From contig OZ076409.1 in assembly GCA_964187785.1 (NCBI GenBank), positions 44,766,001 to 44,830,000 of the forward strand: 64,000 bases of DNA. Direction: 5' to 3'. The notes beneath the pieces are model-generated. The model had not been told where the DNA came from. It ran no database searches and saw only the letters and a program-made list of their open reading frames with translations. This document shows positions 24,501-35,500 of the stretch, piece after piece (the stretch's first letter is position 1; each line of letters opens with the position of its first letter). A program made the translations under genes and the position numbers. Source of the DNA: Amphiscolops sp. MND2022 (lineage: Eukaryota).

Positions 24501-27500
24501 TGCCTTTTTATACCGTCTTAGCCTGAATCGTATTGACCTTTCGTCCTCAATCATTTCTACCTGACGTAATTTTTCAATAACACTGATTACAAACATTGTG
24601 CAATGTAGTACTTATCAACAATAATGTGTATTATGTGTTCCGAACTTCTGTTCTAACGGTCTGTAGACGCTTATTTAACAGGAACGCTTTGCGTTACTCT
24701 GTACCCTGCTGACAGGATCGTATTATAATTATTACTTCGGCAAAAAAGGTCGCTTTACCATATTTTTTGTTGAATTGAGCTGCGACCTTGGAAGCAAGCT
24801 GAAAAGAGTTGTCGAAGTGTCACTGATCAAAACCCTATGCTGTGCTAGAACGCGAAGGCGCTATCTATCATCGCATTGATCCAGCCTACCGGCCAGACTG
24901 AACTCCATCATCAAAGAAGTTGAAATGTCATAAGAAACGGGAATAATTCCAGCGAAAACAGATTTAGCGTAGTACACTGCTTTTGTTTTTAATAACAAAG
25001 GTATAATTCAGTGTTTTTTTATTGCGTAGTAAATTTTCCAAAATGTCAAGTTTTGATTTGAACGATAATCAAAATTCTTTTATAATTCGTTACCTGGCAA
25101 TGTTACTTATGGTTCCTTTTTTGATTTTACAAACGGGAAGGCGAATTGTAAACAATGTAATGCCAGCTTTATAATACAATGCCCAAACAACAGGAACGAG
25201 CAGTCTTTAATCCTGAGGGCTAACCTACGCGATGAGGTGGTAGACGACCTTCTTTTCATAAGATACAATCACAAAAAAAATTGGAGACATTTTAACTTTC
25301 ACACTTATTGATGTTGAAAGTACATAAGTATGTTTTCAAGAAATTGATGATTGATCGAGACATTCTCTCCCCCCAAGAAATGCCCGTAGGGGCCCATCTG
25401 TTGCCCGTACGTTTATGCCCGTTGCCCGTAGATGATGCCCGTGCCTGTTACGGGCATAACCCCAGTAAATACCAGGGATGTTCAAAGATTAATTACAATT
25501 AATTTTTTCTAAAATATTTTTTCAATAGATTAATCGAAATCTGTTAATTTTTCGATTGATTAATCTGGATTGATTGGGATTATTTGGCCTAGTTCGGGAA
25601 ATGGGAAATAAAATCATTTTTCCAACACCAAAATTACTTTCCTGTACAAACAATACTTTTCACGGTATTCATATCCCACAGTGACTTGGTAAAATTCAGA
25701 AATAACTGAAGCTCCAAATTTGCTGGCAGCAAACGGACACCCAAAATGACAAAATGAACACACACCATACAAAATCTGAAAGCAAAGCTTAAGGCGTCCT
25801 GATTTCTGATTGGCTGATAGAATTGGAATGATGCCTTACAGAGGTAGTCTAAGAATCGCAACTAATCGCATTTTTTCGATAAATTAATCGTTCTTTAAAA
25901 TTTATTCGATTGATTAATCTTTTGCGATTAATCGCGATTAACCAATTGCCCGAATAACCATTGAACACCCCTGAATTTAATCATCAACGATAATGTTCTG
26001 TACATTTTTCTGTGTCGAACTTCTGTTGTAACAGTTTGTAGACATTTATGTGACCTAAACGCTTTGTGTTAATTTGACTCCTAGAAATCAAGCTGCCAAG
26101 TTGGTTGTCCAGTAGTCTTTAATGAAGAGATAATAGCAACGTTCTGAATGAAAATGTCTCAAACTGACACCGAAAATGACAAAAGTCCCAAAAATTTCCA
26201 ATTTTCGAAGATTTTCAGTATTTTTTCCCACATTTTCGACAGACGTCGTCAATTGGAACGTTGAAAAGGGTCGAAATGGAGAGAATGTGTTGTCCAGTAT
26301 GCTTAGAAAAGAGATAAATGCGGATTTTTATACGAAAACTGTCCGGAATTGTCTCATTGAAAAAAAAAACAAAATTTCAGAAATTCTCCGATTTTCACTA
26401 TTTTTGTTCATTTTTTGTTGAAATATCGATGAACTTCGTGGACTACAGAGTTAAAACGCCTAAAGCATGGGGTACCTTGTTGCTTCGGTGAGCTTTCGTT
26501 ACGAGATAAGTCAAATTTGTGAAAGGAAAATGCCTCAAATTGACCTGAATTGTCAAAAAGCATGAAGTTTTTGTCATTTTTGATGCAATTTCTGTACATT
26601 TTCCGAAAGATTTTGTTCCAACACAACCAACTCATTAACAAAAGAACGCGCTATACTTTACATGTTTGAAGAGATCATTGCATTCTTTCAAAAACACTTC
26701 AGAATGACTCCAAAGGAGTCGAAATTTTCTTTTCGTTTTCGTACAACTTGTGTACTTTTTGAATCGTTTTAGAATCAGAATGCTGGCAAACGTTCAACAA
26801 AGACCGAACGGATAGGATAATCCATTAGGCTTTTAAAGGAATATTTGTAGAATTCTGTTAGAAAACTGATGAAAATTGACCGCAAAAAGTTGAAATTTTT
26901 GTCGATTTCTGACACGTTCAATTATTTTTTTTCTGAGATTGGAAAATTCCGGTGAAATAAAAGCTTCGAAAAACTCCAGATAACGAATTTAGGTCCGAAG
27001 CTCGTTTTTAGGAAAAATGTCTAATTTATGGTCGAAAACTTCATCAGAATGACCCAAATATTAGAAAAACCGGGAAAATGTTTTTTACGTTTACGTTTTT
27101 AGACATTTTTTGTTCAATTTTTAAGCTACTTCCTTGTATCAAATGCTTTGAAAAACGATAACTGCATTTTTTGTTGGAATTGGCCTCAAAAACACCCAAA
27201 ATCCTTGAAACAACAACAAAGGACGTTGTTTCACAAACTAATCTCAATTTTTGTTCAACCCCGAACGTTTTTGAAGAATGGAACCTCCAATGACCTGAGC
27301 GTTTAAACAATAAGGTTTTCAAAACGCAATTGGGGAAAAAGTGGGATGAAGTGCATCAAGTTTACAACAAAAGTGTCAAAATTTCCGAACTTTCTTTGTT
27401 TTCAATAACAGTCCGAATTTTGGACCCTTTCCTAAAATGTAATTCAATCAAAAATCCCAGAGGCTCAGGATTGAAACGTGTAGCTACCGGTAGTGTTTCA

Positions 27501-29505
27501 AAAAGATATTAGACAAGTTTATTTGCCCAACTTTCAAAAACTTCACTAGAAAACGTAAATCTTGACATTCTTTGTCCAATATTCGATCGTCAAAAACCTC
27601 CGAGCAAAATCACTAGATATGGAATACACCTTCCAAATGTTTCGAGCTATTTCGTGGGCTGGAAAGGTGTAAACATTCAACAACAGCTACACTCGGTTGA
27701 AATTTTTCAGTTTTGATTGAAAATTTTTTTTCTCGGTGAGCCGCATAGTGCCGAAAAAAAAAACGAAAAGAGGCCAGCAATCGCAGAATTATTAATTTGG
27801 GGGTTTCCTTTGAAATGGGCTAAAATGAGTCAAAGCTTTCTGTTCTCCGAACTTCTCTGCGTTTTTACAGTGCATTGGCTATTCTTGAGCCTTAAATTTA
27901 TGTAGTTGTAGAACAGTTTGGGGCGGAAAATATCTCGCTTCTCAGCGGGCGTCTTGCTTTTAAGTTTCTAAATACGACTCACAAAGTTTTAAGTTTCAAA
28001 TTATTCAATAAACGGGAGAAGACATCTGGTTTCAGAAACAACCGCTTCAAAAATTTCAAACCTCAAAGCAAAGTACCCAAGTATAACTGATAGCGAAAAA
28101 AAACAACCTGGAAACTCGAATCAAAATGCTTTTGCATACAATTGCGTGATTTGCTCTGTTGACAATGGATGACTTTTCTGCTAGTCAAAAGACTACTGAC
28201 TTAAGAAGAGGGTTTTGGACTTTTTGGGGAAAACATTATCGCGAAAATCAGCTCCTCCTAAAAAATCTAACGGTCATTTTCGGATTGAGACCAATACCAA
28301 TTGGGAAAATCCTCATGAAAAATTTCAATATCGGTCTTTTTGCCACTCTTTGATCATCGGCTCCCCTCGAATAACTTTCAGATTACTCATTTTCCCAAAA
28401 ACCTTTGGTGGAGACCAGAAATATGGAGAACAATGCTTTTTAGGCAGAAAGAACTTTTTGGTATTTTGACGAAGAGAAAAATCTGGACAGTATGTAACAC
28501 TCCTTCAGAAATGGTCGTAAAATGTGATTTTATTTGAAATTCATTTTTCTACACGTTTTCTGAATCAAAAGTTTGCTTTCGACACATTTATGAACATCAG
28601 TTAGTTTTTTCAACATTAAGGACAAAAACTGTCTTCTGCTTATATAGCCACACAAAAACCGTTGCTTTGGCTATTTTGAGTTTATAAAGAAAAATCAAAT
28701 GGAAAAGTTCAATTCGTTTATTACTTTTTGAGCGTGACGAATGAGGAGACGTTTGTCACTCTGGAGTAAAACGGGAGCTTTCAAGATTTCTCGAGTCGAT
28801 ATCAGCGCCCAATGATCTGGGAGAACATCTGAAGTCTTCTGGTTCTGTCTCAAGTCCGCCAAAAACTTCAAGCCTTTCAGGGCAATTTCGAACCACTTTT
28901 GATTTTTTGTCTTCTGGTACAGTTTCATCAACCCAAGACTCGCTTCGCCGGGATAGTAAAGGGAGACGAAATCAGACATTCCACTAACTTTGTTATATTT
29001 TCCATTGAATTCACCTGTAGGCTTTTGCATGAACTCGATAAATCGTGCAACACTCTCTAAAACGAACCAAACTGATTCTTTATGTTGCAATAATTCCATG
29101 TAAAACACATCTTTTGCGAGTCTCAGTGTATAAATGACCAAGATAGTGGAATCGTCGTCAAAAATTGACAAAGGCTCGATTATCTTCTTTTTGTCGAAAA
29201 CTGACAAACGCTCGAACGTTTTCATCAGTGAAGTAAATAAAATATTAAACTATACACTGAAAAAAGAAGTCTATGAAATACTTGCTAATATTGCATGGTC
29301 TTGGTAGCCTTAGTATGATCAGAATATACTGTTAGGATCTTCGCAAGGGCATCTGGTGGATTGCCACGAAACACTGGGACATATCGCAGCGAATAAAAAC
29401 CCATTGTAAATTTGGATGCATTTCAACAAAGCATACCCTCTCAAGTCAGCTGGTCCGATTTTTCTCATTTTTGAATACCCGATACATTGCAAATATAACG
29501 TTGCC

Positions 29506-29540
<35 letters not shown>

Positions 29541-32500
29541 AATTTTTTTCATCTTTTTACGGAAGCATAGCAATTCAAAAATTTTCCGGTTCAGTGGAAT
29601 CATTCATGTATGTTTAATACGATCAACTCAGCTTAGAACTTTTATTCGTTACTTGATTGTCATACAAACCTAGTTCATTCGTGGAAATGAAAGTTGCGTT
29701 GACTTCTGAAGCTGCTACCAACGCCACCAGACCCAAACCAGCTCCACCAAGCTTAGCTTCTGCTTCCGTTCCGTCCACTTCCGGTTTTTTGGACCATAAA
29801 GGCTTGATATTGAGGTGGTTGCTATCCATGGTTTCAGCTTGCTCTTTCAACCATTTCCCTGTTTTTACGATAGTTTCATTCAACTTAGAACTGGGAAACT
29901 CCTCCGCGATGACTGCTAGCGAATAAATTGTTCCAGCGTGGCGCAACAAATTGTAGTCCGGTTTTATTCGAACTAAGGGTTGCATGTTCACCTAAGAAGA
30001 CCTAATTGTCAAACAAAATAAAATTAGCAAGGGGCATATTCTCGATTTTCAACAAAGATTTTTTCAACCAGTATTCATTACTTCGATCGGACAGAACTAT
30101 GTAATTGAATCACCAGTTTTCCGAGCGATTGAATACCTTCATATTTAGCCAATAGCTCGTCGCTGGTTCAAAAAGAGCACTTCCGAAAATGCTAGCAGAA
30201 AACGACTGAAAACGTTTTTTGTATGGCAATTGTTTCTCGCAAATTCATTTGGAGAGAAACTAATTTCGACAGTGTAAAAGAAAAAACATTAACACCCCAT
30301 TATACCGATACTAAATTCAACGGTAGATTTTTGAACACAGAGGGATCTGAGTGACTGATAAAGGTGATCATTTGATGCGTTAAGCGTATTCAATGCTGCA
30401 ACAGTAATCACAATTTTTCACTTCGAAAAAGTCGCACAGTGCCGAAAAGACCAAAGTGGAACCCTTTTAGTTTAAAAAGGCTATTTTATAACAAGGTATT
30501 AAAAATTTAGAAGAAAAGGGTCACAATGGCGAAAAAAACCCTCATATTTTTTCAAAGAGATGATTCAAATGATTTTGTTAAAATGTGAAAGGGAGACATG
30601 TCACCTCAACCCGGGTAAGCCAAAAAGGTATGAGAATTCAAGCTGATGATATCAAGCGCAAAAAATCTTCCGTATGATTTATATGGTTCAATATCAAGAT
30701 CACATTATGATCAGCCTGGTTCAGCAAACCAGGGAACGACTACAAGTCGAACAAGACGGGAACGTCTAAAGTCAGCGCTATACTTAAGGCTCAAAAAGCG
30801 CAAGTTTTTAAAAATATAATCAAGACTTTTTTCATGAAAAACTCAAAAAAGTGTCAAAACACCCAAAGGGTGGCTTTCGTTCTCGGAAAACACTTCAGAG
30901 GTTCGGATATAGCTTGATGGGTCACACGGGAGCGCTTTTTTGACTCTCGGCCTCCTCTTTAGTAGAACGCAATATACTTTGGATATAACATCATAATTCG
31001 GATATAGCGCAATATTTTCCAACCTCGAACTCCTCTTTAGTGCAACGCAACGTATGTCGGATATAACGTCAAAAATTCAGAAAGTATTGACAAACATTAT
31101 TGGTGGATATATTGGTGGAAAAACGAAAACTTGGTTTGAATATTTTCGAATTTTTTTCCAAAAATAGTTTCCGATAAGCCCCATAACGCCGAAAACCCCA
31201 ATGTCGAACCCCTGCTGTTGGGGCGGCTTTGAAGGACCTTCTGAACTAGATGGCTGAGTTTCACTACTGTTCTTATTCACAATTGCCATCATTAAGCCCT
31301 TCAGTTGACTAAATTCCTGATGTAACTCGCTAATCTTTCGTTCGTAACTCTTTTATTTCAGACAGCTGAGAAGAGATATCAGAACCGTCATTGGTGTCAG
31401 AATCATTAGAGTTCGTCTGTGCCATGTTCAAGTCTTCAGGAGGAGCTGTTTCTAAGGAGGAATCGATGATTTTACCGTTTCTGAGCACTGTCCCTTGATC
31501 CTGACTCATATAAATAAGTGAAAACAGTTTGTGAGTAAAGACTGGATTTCTGAGATGTTTCACGGATGTGTTTTGTTACTTTATTGCTGAACGTAATATC
31601 TCGAATTCACTAATTTTGAACTGAGATGATTTAGAGATGAAAAATACAAAGGAAATTGAGTATCTAATAATAAGCGTGAATCCGAAAGTCAAATTGAGGA
31701 AATTCATCCAAGTTTCATCGCAATGTAGATTCGTCGGAAGATTAATCAGAAAGTACAGTTATCGTTATTGGAGGTGAATTGTAGATGTATTTTCTGGTAA
31801 AATTTGACCTGAATTATCCAACTGGACGGTAGCTAGTCGCAATTTCGGTCTGAGTAATCTCTAATGGCGGCTTAAACTACAGCAGTTCACGTGTCTTTTT
31901 AGGCTGGTAAGAAGCTAAATCTTTTACCAGCCTTCTCTCATTGGTTACTGCCGGTTGGTGTTAATTGGTAAGTCACGTGACCGGTGTTGTGAATTGCCGC
32001 AGGGTGGCCACGCATCATGATGAATCTACATATTATGTAAATGGCAGTGAATCATCAGTTTACAATGTCGCAATTGCCTGCACATATGACAGTGGTTACC
32101 ATAGAGATGAAAATAAGCTGAAAGTATTCGATACCGCACTAATTTCAAGCCAAATCAAGATAAAGTACATTGCGCGATGGGAAAACGAGGTTTTCGAGCT
32201 GATTGTAGCACTAAAAATCAATATTTTGCAATTGAGGATGGATATGTGATGAGAACATGAGAATATTTGCTGATTTTTCAAGCCCAGTTTAGTTCAGGAT
32301 GAAAATGCGATGAAATGCAGTCTTTCTCGCTTGAAAATCAACAAGGTCTAAAATGACGACGATGAAGAGATGAAATTCCTTCATTATTTGCTAATTTCCA
32401 GCACAAATTAGATTGGCGATGAGTTTAGGATGAATTCACTCAATAAACAGCTAATTCTAACACAAATTAGTTCAACGATGAAATAGGGATGAATCTGCTT

Positions 32501-35500
32501 TATAAATCAGACAATTCTAGTACGATTCAAAATCAGGATGGGTCAGGGATGAATTTACTCAACAAAACAGATAATCCAGCACATTCACTCTTTTTAAGAT
32601 GAATTAGAGATGTACTTTCTCATTTCTTTGTCCACTGTCCATGCGATGAAATAGAAATGAGTTACCGTCTTTAAGAAATGAGAAGCACATTTGGAGTTAC
32701 TAAATGTAATACGGCGATGAATTTAAGATGAATTTACTAAAATCAAGTCCCATAAAATCCGCTGATAGATTAGTGATGAAAATAGTCTGAAGTCCCAATT
32801 CAAATTCACTCGCAATTTTGGGGATGAAATTGCGATGAGTTATGGTTAAATAGTATCAGTGAACCCGCTGATGGATTCGAGTAAAATACCATAATCAATT
32901 CGTAGGTTCACTGTCCAATCCGCTGATGGATCAGCAATGAATTTCAGAGAAGGGATTGTCAGGACTATGGCTCTGAGGCGAGGAGCATGTAGAAGTAACT
33001 TAGTTCATCACCTTCATATCTCTCGGTCCAGTCTGACCGTAAAACTTCTCTTGTCGTGACAAACCAATATGAAAATTTACAGCACATTAAGGCTATAAGC
33101 AAGATCATTTGTGCGGACACCGGAACTAGAGCGCTCAGTATTAAGTAAATATATATAACTTACACTCAAAGGGGGGAAAGGGAATTAGGTACAAGTAACG
33201 TAGGGTTGCTCACAACCATGACTCTTATTATATGACTTCATATTGCCCATGTCTGAGTACATAAGACATATTATTTACATTACAGATATTTAGTAATCTA
33301 TATTTCCATCATGCTGGCATGACACCCAAAGAGACCTCTACGCTCGCAAAACGTTTTGTTTCTAGTGAAAATGGAGGGGAGCTTCGATGAAAACAAATTA
33401 AAACAAAAAGTCGCATAGTATTGAAACAACGCCCATCTAAAAAAATCGGATATGTCGCAATACTTTCAAACATCCGCTTCCTTCATAGTGGAACACAATA
33501 TACTTCAGATATAACGTCAGAACCTCAGACACAGCGCAAAATATTTAAAATTCGCATCGACTATCCCTTTAATAAAACGCAACTTAATTCGTATATAACG
33601 TCAAAAGTTCGGATATAGCTTGCTGAGTTACTGAGAAAACCTAATTTTAAGACAAAAACTGATCATTTTGAAAAATCTCACGAAGCCGAAAAAAGTGAAT
33701 GGGGACACTTTAGGCTTTTCTAACATCCAATTTGTTGCAAAGTATCAAAAAATTGAAGGCAGGACCCTTTGGAGACAATAAAAAATTTTCGGAATGAAGT
33801 CTCTCAGAGCCAACAAATCCAAAAGGGGGACTCTATAGCCTTGCCCGGTATTGTATCGTACGTTGAAAATGAAAAAAAGGAGACCCTTTGCAATAATTTA
33901 GATGGTTTTGGTTTGCCGGTCCAGTAGTTTAGTAGTTCTGTAAGAAATGTCCACTACGCATACATTCAGTTATCTGACGAAAATTGAAAAAAAAATGCTA
34001 ATGTATAAGTCGCGCTCATTTTCTACTGAAATGTGTCGACTAAAAACACTGAACTACTGTCGAACAGTATAAAAGCCAAAGGATACTTTTCTATTCAAAA
34101 ATTCTTCAAGGCCATTTTTATAACTGTTTTATACTAATGCTGCTACTCCAGCAATGCATCGAATTTTCGCAAGAACTTTTCGTTACCTGTCAAGATCTCC
34201 TAACATAAAATCTCGACAGAAATCTAGGGGAAAATGTTCTGAACAAAAAAAACTTAAAACATTTGTCTGCTCCACGTTAAAACCAGCCGATGGGCCCGCA
34301 TTGGGCTATTTTCCTCCGTTCGTTTCTGCATTTAGGGCATTATCGGAAATCACGACGCCCTAATTTAGCAGAAATTGACCTAGGAGATATTCGTCAAGAA
34401 CCATTCAACTTAAAAGATTTTTACATAAGATAATTGAACTTAAAAGATTGATTTTCACCTTGATATCAGAATAATATACTTGGACATAGTCATGAAATTT
34501 CATTGATAAAACGAAATATTCAGCTTGATAAACAGGCGAAAATGTCTTTAAATATTTTTCAATCAAGGAAATCAATGACGGGAACAAACTAGGATATGAT
34601 TTTTCTTCACTAGGGAAGAGAGAGCTCTTTTTCGCTCCGTACGGTCAATCAAGAGAAGGTGAGTTGTGTCTTGAATTGTGTCTTGAATTGTGTTGTGTGA
34701 GCTTAAACGAAACTTTCTATACAAAGTAGAACGCTGAAAACTTGCAAAACTACATTCAAACTTCCCAAATCAATCAGATGAGAAATTAAAATTTCAAAAT
34801 TGACATTCAAGATTGCCAAATCGACATTCAATTTTAGCCATCCCTCCGCGGACCACTACTCACATATAGCTCGTAAACAGAATTGAGGAATTACGCCGCT
34901 ATACGAAGTAGCATTTTGGTTCTTTTTAGCTCTTCAGTAGCATGATAGCAGCGCATGATAATCTTGAATGTCTATTTTGTTAATTTTGAATTTCTAATTT
35001 TTGGAATCAGCCAAATGGAATCTAGATTGAGAAAGGATTGATTGAGGTGTCCAAAATAGTTCTACCAAAAGTTCTACTTCAATTTTGGAATCAATTTTGG
35101 CATCTAAGTCTTTTTTGGCCATCTACATATTATATTTTAGCTGTAAACGAGTCCCCTTAAACACGACCCATACCAGATTTAACGCAAATATAAAGAATTC
35201 CGAATGTTACAAAAGGGCCCCCTTAGATTTTTTTGGCGCAAACCGGATTTAACGCAAACCGGATTTAAGGCAAACTTGATATAACGCAAACCGGATAAAC
35301 CGAATTCCGGATATAACGTATACCGGATATAACGTTTTTTTTAAAAAAAAACCGACGAAGTGACAGATGTTGCTTTTAGTTTTTTAAGACCCCCTTCAGG
35401 TTTTTTGATATTTTGTAACCGAATGGATGTTAAAAAATCCCAAAGGGTCCCCCTTTCAGTGTTCTTTGGGCATTGTGAGACTTTTTAAAAAATATTCAAT

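Noticed and set aside
24455..24560. Possible extra exon of the barrel gene (cag|GTAGAAATG...)
   Set aside because: The protein is complete without it and the translation has no family motif; exon 24160-24052 supplies the expected TRLEG motif
24620..26080. ~90-bp diverged direct repeat (24620-24710 and 25990-26080) as possible LTRs
   Set aside because: No TG...CA ends, PBS, PPT or TSD identified
29057..29225. N-terminal part of ORF 28695-29225
   Set aside because: Upstream of the acceptor at 29056, so intronic read-through
32290..32850. CRISPR-like periodicity
   Set aside because: Repeats are degenerate, spacers are related to each other, there are no cas genes, and the context is a eukaryotic LTR
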